From contig DASUEN010000222.1 in assembly GCA_036275055.1 (NCBI GenBank), forward strand, positions 26,498-90,497: a stretch of 64,000 nucleotides of DNA. The letters are read 5' to 3'. This DNA is from Thermoanaerobaculia bacterium. Its GTDB lineage: Bacteria > Acidobacteriota > Thermoanaerobaculia > Multivoradales > UBA5704. The position numbers and the translations under genes are program-made. The notes under the pieces were generated by a model, which was given only the letters and a program-made list of their open reading frames with translations, was not told where the DNA came from and did no database searches. Below, one piece after another: positions 30,215 to 38,802 of this stretch (positions within the stretch are counted from its first letter, which is position 1; each line of letters begins with the position of its first letter).

Positions 30215-30535
30215 ATGCGCAGACTGACTCTGACTCTCCTCGGATTGGCGTTGCTCTTCACCGCTACGGCCGTCTTGGCGGCGGAACCTGTCGCGACCGA
30301 CGGGGCCGCACCCGCGAGCGCGCTGGCCACGACCGTCGCCCCACCGGCCCTCATCGACCAGATCCTCGAGCCTTCGCCATCCGCCATCACGCCCATCTGT
30401 CCCCCGGAGCCGGTCGTGAGCTGCAACTCCTGTTTCTTGTTCGGAACGACGACCAGCTTCCAATGCACGCTGTTCTGCTCGAATGGGGTCCTCCACAGGA
30501 GCTGCAGCCCCTGCGGCACGGGGTGTCCGCTGTAG
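30215..30535 (+). CDS. small secreted Cys-rich protein (10 Cys in about 80-aa mature region)
   Basis: 106 aa. MRRLTLTLLGLALLFTATAVLAAEP signal peptide. C-terminus ICPPEPVVSCNSCFLFGTTTSFQCTLFCSNGVLHRSCSPCGTGCPL. Confidence 0.5.
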   Translation: MRRLTLTLLGLALLFTATAVLAAEPVATDGAAPASALATTVAPPALIDQILEPSPSAITPICPPEPVVSCNSCFLFGTTTSFQCTLFCSNGVLHRSCSPCGTGCPL

Positions 30536-30877
30536 GGGACTGCCCCTGGCGGCGTAAGCCCTGGAGAAGGGATCCTTAACAAACTCCGAAATGCCCCGAG
30601 GGGCGAGAGCGGGCCCCTATCGTGAAGGCCGCTGTCGCCCTTTCAGGGTTTTCAATGCTCGACGTGGTCCGCGCCTTCCAGTCAGTATCGCGGATCGCCC
30701 CAACCACGGCTAAGCCTTAGGGCTCCACTGGAACCGTTATGCCCGGGCGAAGGTGGGCTTTGCCTTGAAAATCCCCCAACACCTGGTGGATTTTCAAGGG
30801 AAACGCCCCCTCGGGTGCTCTCGGCCGCCGGCTCCGCTACCACCTAGAGGCCGCGTCCCTGATACCATCCCCCACCG

Positions 30878-31870
30878 ATGACGACCCTGCCGATCACCGC
30901 CGAAGCCGACCGCAGCCTCCTGCTCTGGATGTACGAGCAGATGGGGCTGATTCGCGAATTCGAGGAACGGCTGAAAAGCCTGGTGGAGCGGGGGGTGCCG
31001 GTGGGGCCGGTCCACTTCTATACGGGACAGGAGGCGGTGGCCGTGGGGGTGTGCGCGGCGCTGCGGCCGGGAGACTGGATCGCTTCGACCCATCGCGGCC
31101 ATGGCCACTGCATCGCCAAGGGGGTGGACGTGCGCCCCATGATGGCCGAGCTCTACGGCAAGGCCACGGGGACCAACCGCGGCAAGGGCGGCTCGATGCA
31201 CATCACGGACGTGCGAGCCGGGATGCTCGGGGTCAACCCCATCGTGGGCATGGGGGTGCCCCATGCCGTGGGGGCCGCGCTCTCGGCCCGCGTGCGCGGC
31301 ACGGACGAGGTGGCCGTGGCCTTCTTCGGCGAGGGGGCGACGAGCATGGGTGTGGTGCACGAGGCCATGAACCTCGCGGCCATCTGGTCGCTGCCCGTGG
31401 TCTTCGTCTGCGAGAACAACGGCTACGCCCAGGCCACACCCGTCGAGTACGCGGTGGCCGCCGATCGCATCTCGGACCGCGCCGCCGCCTATCGCATGCC
31501 GGGGGTCACCGTGGATGGGCAGGATGTGCTCGCCGTATTCGCGGCGGCTCAGGAAGCCGTCCGCCGGGGGCGCGCCGGCGAGGGGCCGAGCCTCGTCGAG
31601 TGCCTCACCTATCGCTACTACGGCCATCACCAGGGGGACGAGACCCACCGCTACCGCACGGCGGACGAGGAGAGGACGGCCCGCGAGCGCGACTGTATCC
31701 GGCGCTTCCGGGAGGTGCTCTTCGCTCGAGGGTTCGCGGGCGCGGAGGTCGATGGCCTCGACGCGCGCAACCGGGAGCGGCTGGACGAAGCGATCGCCTT
31801 CGCCGAGACGAGCCCCCTTCCCGGGCCCGAAGAGCTGCTGGCGAACGTGTACGTGGAGACGCGGTCGTGA
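30878..31870 (+). CDS. pdhA: 2-oxoacid (pyruvate/acetoin) dehydrogenase E1 component alpha subunit, TPP-dependent
   Basis: 330 aa. TPP motif GEGATSMGVVHEAMNLAAIWSLPVVFVCENNGYA. Confidence 0.9.
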   Translation: MTTLPITAEADRSLLLWMYEQMGLIREFEERLKSLVERGVPVGPVHFYTGQEAVAVGVCAALRPGDWIASTHRGHGHCIAKGVDVRPMMAELYGKATGTNRGKGGSMHITDVRAGMLGVNPIVGMGVPHAVGAALSARVRGTDEVAVAFFGEGATSMGVVHEAMNLAAIWSLPVVFVCENNGYAQATPVEYAVAADRISDRAAAYRMPGVTVDGQDVLAVFAAAQEAVRRGRAGEGPSLVECLTYRYYGHHQGDETHRYRTADEERTARERDCIRRFREVLFARGFAGAEVDGLDARNRERLDEAIAFAETSPLPGPEELLANVYVETRS

Positions 31871-32928
31871 GCACGGAAGCTCCTTTCGAGGTCACCCGCG
31901 AGCTGACCTTCAGCCAGGCGATCAACGACGCCCTGCGCCTCGCCCTGCGGCGCGATCCCACGGTGATCGTGATGGGGGAGGACGTGGCCGGAGCCGCCGG
32001 CCGCGCCCACCTGGGGCTCTCCGATGCCTGGGGCGGCCCGTTGCGCGCCACCCGCGGCTTGATCGGCGAGTTCGGGCCGCAACGAGTGATCGATACGCCG
32101 ATCTCCGAAATGGGTTTCGTAGGCGCCGCCGTGGGCGCGGCCATGACGGGGCTGCGGCCGGTGGTGGAGATCATGTTCGCGGATTTGATCGGCTGCTGTT
32201 ACGATCAGATCATCAATCAGGCGGCCAAGATGCATTACATGATGGGCGGACAGGTGACGCTTCCCCTCGTCATTCGCACCGCCTATGGAATGCACGGTTT
32301 CAAACGGAGCTACGGCGGGGGTGCCGCGGCGCAGCACTCACAGACGCTGTACGCCGTGCTGGCCCACGTCCCGGGGCTCAAAGTCGTCGTTCCCTCGACG
32401 GCCTACAATGCCAAGGGGCTCACGCTTGCCGCCATTCGCGACGACGGGCCGGTGGTGATGATGGAGCACAAGTTCCTCGGCAGCGCGGCCAAGGGACACG
32501 TGCCGGAGGGGGAGTACTATGTGCCCATCGGCAAGGCGGAGGTCGTGCGCCGCGGCACGGACGTCACGCTCTGCGGCATCGGCCGCATGACTCACGTTTG
32601 CCTGGAGGCGGCGGAAATGCTGGCGGCACGCGGTACGAGCGCTGAGGTGGTGGACGTGCTGACCCTGGCGCCGCTCGACGAGGCTACCATCCTCGAATCC
32701 GTCACCCGCACGCACCGGCTGGTGGTGGTGGACGAGGATACGCCCACCGCCTCGATGGCGCGCGACATCGCGGCGCGCGTGGCCGACAAAGGTTTCGATT
32801 GGCTCGACGCGCCGATCAAGACTGTCACCGCTCCGGAGGCGCCGGTGCCTTTCGCCGCCGTCCTCGAAGCCCTTTACGCCCCGCAGGCCGCGAACGTCGT
32901 GGCGGCGGTGGACGAGCTCTTCGGCTAG
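31867..32928 (+). CDS. pdhB: 2-oxoacid dehydrogenase E1 component beta subunit
   Basis: GTG 31867 overlaps the alpha stop (GTGA). MSTEAPFEVTRELTFSQAINDALR..., transketolase-like pyrimidine-binding and C-terminal domains. 353 aa. Confidence 0.9.
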   Translation: MSTEAPFEVTRELTFSQAINDALRLALRRDPTVIVMGEDVAGAAGRAHLGLSDAWGGPLRATRGLIGEFGPQRVIDTPISEMGFVGAAVGAAMTGLRPVVEIMFADLIGCCYDQIINQAAKMHYMMGGQVTLPLVIRTAYGMHGFKRSYGGGAAAQHSQTLYAVLAHVPGLKVVVPSTAYNAKGLTLAAIRDDGPVVMMEHKFLGSAAKGHVPEGEYYVPIGKAEVVRRGTDVTLCGIGRMTHVCLEAAEMLAARGTSAEVVDVLTLAPLDEATILESVTRTHRLVVVDEDTPTASMARDIAARVADKGFDWLDAPIKTVTAPEAPVPFAAVLEALYAPQAANVVAAVDELFG

Positions 32929-32940
32929 GAATTTCCTCCG

Positions 32941-34065
32941 GTGGCGCAGCGCATCGTCATGCCGTCCTTCGGGATGTACACGGCCGAAGGGAATCTCGGC
33001 CACTGGCTGGTGCCGGCCGGCTCGCGCGTGGAGGCGGGAGACCTGATCGTGGAGATCGTCACGGAGAAAGCCACCTACGAGGTGGAATCGCCCGCGGCGG
33101 GCATCCTTCATCCCGTGGCCGCCGAGGGGGAAAACCTTACGGTGGAGGGATTGATCGGCTGGATCCTCGCCGAGGGCGAGGCGGTGCCGGCAGCGGAGGT
33201 TTCCGCGCGGGCGGAGGCAAGCTCCGCCCCTACCCAGAGAGAAGAGTCAGGGGCCGAAGCGGGGCGGATCAAGGTGAGCCCCATCGCGCGGCGGCTGGCG
33301 GCGGAGAAGGGGATCGACCTGGCGAATCTGACGGGGACGGGCCCGGGCGGGCGGATCGTGGAGGCGGACGTGCTCGCTGCGGCCTCGGCGGCCCCGCGCG
33401 AGACTCCTTGGAAGATCCGCGAGCGGGTCCCCCTGGCTGGAGCGCGGAAGACGATCGGTGAGCGCCTGCGGCGCACGGTGGAGACAGCCGTTTCGCTCAC
33501 GCTCACCCGCGAGGCCCGCGCCGGCGCTTTGGTGGCGGTACGGAAAAACCTTGCAGTCTCGTGGGATGCGCTGTTCGTCAAGATCTTCGCCGAGTCGCTG
33601 CGGGAGCGGCCGGAGCTCAACGCGGTGATCGAAAACGGCGAGATCCTGATCCTCGACGAGGTGCACGTAGGCTTCGCCGTCTCGCTCCCCGCCGGCCTGG
33701 TGGTGCCGGTGATTCGGAACGCCGATTCCAGGCCGCTCACGGAGATCGCAGGGGAGGTTCAGGATCTCGCCGTCCGTGCCCGCTCGGGAGCGTTGCGCCC
33801 GCAGGACGTCCTCGGCGGCACGGCGACGATCACCAATCTCGGCGCGCACGGCGTCGATGCCTTCACTCCCGTGATCAATCCGCCGCAGTCCGTGATCCTC
33901 GGCATCGGCCGGATCGCCCAGCGGCCGGTGGTGGAGGAGGAGCGGCTCGTGGTGGGATGGACGTGCACGCTGAGCCTCACCTTCGATCACCGGGTGACCG
34001 ACGGCGCGCCCGCAGCGGATCTGCTGGCGGCGGTGGCCCGGCGGATGAAAGAAAAACGGAGTTAG
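32941..34065 (+). CDS. dihydrolipoamide acyltransferase E2 component (lipoyl, E3-binding and catalytic domains)
   Basis: GTG 32941. Lipoyl domain GDLIVEIVTEKATYEVESP. PSBD PIARRLAAEKGIDLANLTGTGPGGRIV. Catalytic LSLTFDHRVTDGAPAA. 374 aa. Confidence 0.9.
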   Translation: MAQRIVMPSFGMYTAEGNLGHWLVPAGSRVEAGDLIVEIVTEKATYEVESPAAGILHPVAAEGENLTVEGLIGWILAEGEAVPAAEVSARAEASSAPTQREESGAEAGRIKVSPIARRLAAEKGIDLANLTGTGPGGRIVEADVLAAASAAPRETPWKIRERVPLAGARKTIGERLRRTVETAVSLTLTREARAGALVAVRKNLAVSWDALFVKIFAESLRERPELNAVIENGEILILDEVHVGFAVSLPAGLVVPVIRNADSRPLTEIAGEVQDLAVRARSGALRPQDVLGGTATITNLGAHGVDAFTPVINPPQSVILGIGRIAQRPVVEEERLVVGWTCTLSLTFDHRVTDGAPAADLLAAVARRMKEKRS

Positions 34066-34115
34066 CAGGCCGGCGGGACGCCAGCGGTCCCAGGCAATGC
34101 CAAGAGAGAACGATT

Positions 34116-34964
34116 ATGCCCGTTGATACGTCTACCTTACCGTCCACCACTGAGCTGGCGCGCCGCATCCGGCGCCACTCAGTGCTGATGACGAGCCGCG
34201 CGAACGCTTCGCACATCGGCTCCTCGCTCTCCATGGCGGATCTGCTGGCCGTGCTGTATGGCGAGTTTCTGCGTTTCGATCCCCAGCAGCCGGAGTGGCC
34301 GGAGCGCGACCGCTTCATCCTCAGCAAGGGGCACGGTTGCGCCGCTCTCTACGCGGTGCTGGCGGAGACCGGATATTTTCCCGTCGAGCGGTTGGAAACG
34401 TTTTATCAGGACGGCTCGCCGCTCGCCGGCCATTCGACGCACAAGGACGTGGCGGGGGTGGAGGTCTCGACGGGCTCGCTCGGCCATGGCCTCTCGCTCG
34501 GCACGGGGATGGCGCTCGCGGGGAAACGGGATGGCAAAGCCTACCGCGTCGGGTGCTTGCTGAGCGACGGCGAATGCGACGAGGGCTCCACCTGGGAGCC
34601 GGCGCTCTTCGCTCCGCATCATCAATTGGACAACTTGGTGGCGATCGTCGACTACAACAAGATCCAGAGCTTCGGCACGGTGAAGGAGGTGCTCGACCTC
34701 GATCCCCTGGCCGACAAATGGCGCGCATTCGGCTGGGGCGTGCGGGAGATCGACGGCCACGATCACGCGGCCATTCGCGAGGCGTTCGCCGCCGTGCCGT
34801 TCGTGGCGGGCCGGCCGAGCTGCATCGTGGCCCATACCATCAAGGGGAAGGGCGTGAGCTACATGGAAAACCAGCTCCTCTGGCACTACCGGGCGCCGCG
34901 CGGCGCGGACCTGGAGACGGCTTTGCGCGAGATCGATTGCGAGATCGGCGAGGAGGTCCCGTGA
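34116..34964 (+). CDS. transketolase, N-terminal section (split transketolase subunit A)
   Basis: 282 aa. SKGHGCAALYAVL and GSLGHGLSLGTGMALA TPP-binding motifs. Confidence 0.85.
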   Translation: MPVDTSTLPSTTELARRIRRHSVLMTSRANASHIGSSLSMADLLAVLYGEFLRFDPQQPEWPERDRFILSKGHGCAALYAVLAETGYFPVERLETFYQDGSPLAGHSTHKDVAGVEVSTGSLGHGLSLGTGMALAGKRDGKAYRVGCLLSDGECDEGSTWEPALFAPHHQLDNLVAIVDYNKIQSFGTVKEVLDLDPLADKWRAFGWGVREIDGHDHAAIREAFAAVPFVAGRPSCIVAHTIKGKGVSYMENQLLWHYRAPRGADLETALREIDCEIGEEVP

Positions 34965-35881
34965 GGACGGCCTTCCTGGAAACCCTTTTCGAGCTGGCGA
35001 AGGCGGACGAGCGGATCGTCTTCCTCACCGGCGACCTCGGTTTTTCCGTGATCGAGCCGTTCGCACAGCAGCTTCCGAAACAGTTTGTCAACGCCGGCGT
35101 GGCCGAGCAGAACATGACGGCCATCGCCGCCGGGATGGCGCTCTCGGGGAAGATCGCCCTCACCTATTCGATCGCCAATTTCCCCACTCTGCGCTGCCTG
35201 GAGCACATCCGCAACGACGTGTGCTACCACGAGGCGAACGTCAAGATCGTGGCCGTGGGTGGCGGCTTCGCCTACGGCGCCCTGGGCGCGAGCCATCACG
35301 CCACGGAGGAGCTGGGCGTGATGCGGATGATGCCGGGAATGACGGTGGTGGCGCCGGCCGATCCCATCGAGGCGCGCCTCGCCACGAGGGCCATCGTGGC
35401 CCATCCCGGCCCGTGTTACATCCGGCTCGGCAAGGCAGGAGAGCCGAACGTCCACGCAGGACCGGTCGATTTTCAGCTCGGCCGCGTCATCCGGGTGCGC
35501 GAAGGGAAGGACGTCACCTTGATCTCGACCGGCGGCATGCTCAAGACGGCCGTGGGCGTGGCCTGCCGGCTGGCGAAACAAGGCCAGGAGGCGCGCGTCC
35601 TCAGCATGCACACCCTGAAGCCGCTGGACGAAGAGGCCGTGCTTGCCGCGGCGCGGGAGACGGGCGCGATCTTCACCCTGGAGCAGCACAGCGTGATCGG
35701 CGGCCTGGGAGGGGCGGTGGCGGAGGTCCTCGCCGAATCGGGGCTGGCGGTGAAATTCAAGCGAATCGGATTGCCCTCGGCGTTCTCGCCGCGGGTGGGG
35801 AGCCAGCAGTATCTCGAAGAGCAGAATGGGTTGGATGAGGCGGGGGTGTTGCGGGTGGTGGAGGGGGTGGTGGGGCGGTGA
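34961..35881 (+). CDS. transketolase, C-terminal section (split transketolase subunit B)
   Basis: GTG 34961 overlapping the upstream stop (GTGA). MRTAFLETLFELAKADERIVFLTGDLG...VAEQNMTAIAAGMALSG. 306 aa. Confidence 0.85.
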   Translation: MRTAFLETLFELAKADERIVFLTGDLGFSVIEPFAQQLPKQFVNAGVAEQNMTAIAAGMALSGKIALTYSIANFPTLRCLEHIRNDVCYHEANVKIVAVGGGFAYGALGASHHATEELGVMRMMPGMTVVAPADPIEARLATRAIVAHPGPCYIRLGKAGEPNVHAGPVDFQLGRVIRVREGKDVTLISTGGMLKTAVGVACRLAKQGQEARVLSMHTLKPLDEEAVLAAARETGAIFTLEQHSVIGGLGGAVAEVLAESGLAVKFKRIGLPSAFSPRVGSQQYLEEQNGLDEAGVLRVVEGVVGR

Positions 35882-35953
35882 ATTCGTCGCCTGCACCGCT
35901 GCGCCCGGGCGAAGGCGGCCGATACGAAATCCCCTCGTCTGGGGAAGCTATCC

Positions 35954-36973
35954 TCACCTACCATTGCCCACCGACTCCTCCGCCGCCCTCAAATCCCCCT
36001 GCACCGCCAGCCCATCCTCGAACGAAGCATCCCCTTCGCCAATCCCACCCCGCAGGCAGGCATCCACGAAGCTCCGCATCATGCGGCCCAAGGCGTGGGG
36101 CTTGCCGTCGCGCGCTTCTTCGGGGAGAGGGAGGTCCTCCCACCCCGCCTTGCCGGGCGTGGCGATACGCAGAGCATCCAAGGCGCCGCGGGAGAGGAGG
36201 GCTTCGAGCGCCCCTTCGCGCCCCACGACCTGCACGTAGTTTTGGGCGCGTGGCGGCGTGATCCGGCTGGCGTGCCAGTGACCATGGGCCCCCGAGGCGA
36301 AGCGGAACCAGGCCATGGCGAGGTCGTCCGTTTCGACCCCGGGGCGCGGCAGGAGCTGGAGGTCCGCTTTTACGTCCTCGACCGGCCCCAGGAGGTGGCG
36401 GGCGAGGTCGAAGAAGTGCGAGCCCAGATCGTAGAGCACGCCGCCGCCGGAAGGTCCTTTCAGCTCCCGCCAGCCGCTGGCTCGCAGACCGTCCCAATAT
36501 TCGTGATGGGCGCGGAAGAGGAAGGGCTCCCCCGCGTCTCCGGCCTGGACGCGGCGGCGCAGCTCTTCCACGCCGTAGAGGTAGCGGTAGGAGAAGGCCA
36601 CCTGGTTCACCCGCCCGCTCACCGCGGCGGCGCGGGCCATCTCCTCCGCCTCGGCGACGGAGAGCCCCAGGGGCTTCTCGCAGAAGACGTGCTTGCCGCG
36701 GGCGAAGGCGAGGAGGGCCTGCTCGCGGTGCGCGGCATTGGGAGTGCAGAGGGTGACGCCGTCGAGGTCCTCCCGTTCGAGGAGCTCGGCGGGATCGTCA
36801 TGGACGGCGGGGATGCCGAAGCGGCCGGCGAGGGCCTCGGCCCGCTCGCGCCGCCGGCCGCAGATCGCCACCACCTCGGCCTGCGGGTGGCTCTGCAAGC
36901 CGGGGACGTGGCAGGCCTCGGCGAAGGCGCCGGCCCCGATCACCCCGAAACGGAGCTTGCGTGGCTCGCTCAC
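35954..36973 (-). CDS. Gfo/Idh/MocA family NAD(P)-dependent oxidoreductase
   Basis: 339 aa. LRFGVIGAGAFAEACHVPGL Rossmann N-terminus, EKPLGLSVAEAEEM. Confidence 0.85.
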   Translation of the reverse strand: MSEPRKLRFGVIGAGAFAEACHVPGLQSHPQAEVVAICGRRRERAEALAGRFGIPAVHDDPAELLEREDLDGVTLCTPNAAHREQALLAFARGKHVFCEKPLGLSVAEAEEMARAAAVSGRVNQVAFSYRYLYGVEELRRRVQAGDAGEPFLFRAHHEYWDGLRASGWRELKGPSGGGVLYDLGSHFFDLARHLLGPVEDVKADLQLLPRPGVETDDLAMAWFRFASGAHGHWHASRITPPRAQNYVQVVGREGALEALLSRGALDALRIATPGKAGWEDLPLPEEARDGKPHALGRMMRSFVDACLRGGIGEGDASFEDGLAVQGDLRAAEESVGNGR

Positions 36974-36995
36974 GCGGGGATGATATCCGACGGTT

Positions 36996-38741
36996 TCACG
37001 GCAGCGTCAGGCTCGTCTCGGCCGTGGCGATCTTGCCGCTGATCGGATCGTAGACGGTCGCCACCAGGCGGTTTGCCTTCCCCTTGAGGGTGATCTTGGT
37101 TTCGTACTTGATGAAGCCGCCGGGTTTCGCCGGCTTCTCCGAGGTGATGTCGAGGGGGGCGACGGGGATCTTCGAGTCGTTGCCGGAATTGTCGGTCGCC
37201 GCGAACCGCAGCTCGGCGTGGGCCGCGTATTTGTTGCCCACCGGCACCAGCGTCACGACGTCGGAAGGCAGGCCGAGGGTGACCGGGATCTCCACCCCCG
37301 CCCGCGTGCGCACGGGCGTGCCGACCCGCATGGGCAGCGTCAGGCCGCCCGGCAGGTTGCCGAAGAGCAGGGAGCTCTCGGCCAGCATCGAGACCTCCGC
37401 CTTTTTCGACAGGTCGAGGAAGTCCGTCCGTGAGCGGACCTTGAGACCCGCTCTGGCGAGGGTGACCGCGATCTTGTGGCTCGCGTCGTTGCGCTCCCAG
37501 GTGGGGGAGAAGCCGAGCCAGTAGTAGGAGCGGGTGTCGGCCACGGCCGTGGTAAGGGCCACGAGGCGGTTGTCGTTGCGCAGGGGCTTGCCGCCGGTCT
37601 CCTGGGCCACGAACTCGAGGGTGCCTTTGATCTCCTGATCGCGGAACGATCCGTTCGCGGACCCGGACGCCCTCTTGGCCTCCTGATCGCGGAACGCCCC
37701 GGCCCTGGCCGGTGCCTCGATCCCCTGATCGAGGTACGATCCGCCCGCCTCTGTGATCGACGGATCGCCGGCTGACTGAACCCCGGGAACGTCGACGGGA
37801 TAGACGGTGAAGCCGAGGAGGTTGGCCGTGCTGGTGAGCTTCCTCAGGAGCTGGTCGCCGTCCTTGAGCTCCCGCGCGGCGGGCATCGCGGCGCCGCCGC
37901 GAATGTAGCTCTGAATCGAATACGGCCAGCCGCCGGCCAGGAGCAGCAGGACCTTGCGCCCCGGCGACGAGGCGAAGGTGCGCAGCGTCCGCGCCGCGGC
38001 GTTCACCACCCCTTCCTCCTGGCGGAAGAGCGTCTCGCCATAGGCCCGCTCCGGCAGGTTCAGGCCAGAGCTATCCATCCGGCTGGTGATGGAGAGGGGC
38101 GCGTTGTCGCCCACCGTCCCCCTGGCGAAGGTCTGGTCGTGCTGGAAGCTGTTGAATTCGGCGATCCGGTCGAGCCCCCGTGCCGGGCGGGTCATGGCTT
38201 GATCGAAGGCCCGGGCCAGCTCGCTCTGCGACTGCGACCAGCCCGAGACGATGGCGAGTCGGCCGCCGTCGTAGGCGACGATCGCCATGCGGTCCCCCGG
38301 GCCCAGGCGGGCGAGGTCGCCCTGCAAGGACTTGAGCACCTCGTTGCGCCGGGTCTCGGTGGAGAAGTATTCGTCGATGAACACGAGATAGCTGGTGCCC
38401 ACGGCGCCGCCTGGCTCCATGCCTGGAACGGCCACGGCGGCGGGGGCGCCCTCGGCCGCGGCCGGCGGCGCCACGGATTGCCCCCCGGCGACCTCGGTGA
38501 AGTAGGTGACGGGCACGTCCTTGCCGTCCACTTTCAGCTTGAAGTCGCCGGGTTTCAAGCCCGTGACCCGGTTGCCATCTTTATCGGTGATCACCACCTC
38601 GACGTTGACCACCCGCACCTCGACCGTCTCGCCGAAGACCGGGGGCTCCTGAGATGGAGACGGTTTCTGCTGCTGCGTGCGTGCGGGCACGCCAGCGAGG
38701 ATCCAGGCCAGGCAGAGAGCAGACAGGGCTGACTTCTTCAT
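36996..38741 (-). CDS. VWA-domain protein of the 'VWFA-related Acidobacterial domain' type (tandem paralog 1)
   Basis: ATG 38741 with GGGAGGT SD on the minus strand. MKKSALSALCLAWILAGVPA signal peptide. Conserved N-domain VVNVEVVITDKDGNRVTGLKPGDFKLKVDGKDVPVTYF. 581 aa. Confidence 0.75.
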   Translation of the reverse strand: MKKSALSALCLAWILAGVPARTQQQKPSPSQEPPVFGETVEVRVVNVEVVITDKDGNRVTGLKPGDFKLKVDGKDVPVTYFTEVAGGQSVAPPAAAEGAPAAVAVPGMEPGGAVGTSYLVFIDEYFSTETRRNEVLKSLQGDLARLGPGDRMAIVAYDGGRLAIVSGWSQSQSELARAFDQAMTRPARGLDRIAEFNSFQHDQTFARGTVGDNAPLSITSRMDSSGLNLPERAYGETLFRQEEGVVNAAARTLRTFASSPGRKVLLLLAGGWPYSIQSYIRGGAAMPAARELKDGDQLLRKLTSTANLLGFTVYPVDVPGVQSAGDPSITEAGGSYLDQGIEAPARAGAFRDQEAKRASGSANGSFRDQEIKGTLEFVAQETGGKPLRNDNRLVALTTAVADTRSYYWLGFSPTWERNDASHKIAVTLARAGLKVRSRTDFLDLSKKAEVSMLAESSLLFGNLPGGLTLPMRVGTPVRTRAGVEIPVTLGLPSDVVTLVPVGNKYAAHAELRFAATDNSGNDSKIPVAPLDITSEKPAKPGGFIKYETKITLKGKANRLVATVYDPISGKIATAETSLTLP

Positions 38742-38802
38742 GCCGTAACCTCCCAATGGCAGTTTCAAATAGTATAGGGCATCTTGCCGAGTCCCGCCCT
38801 CT

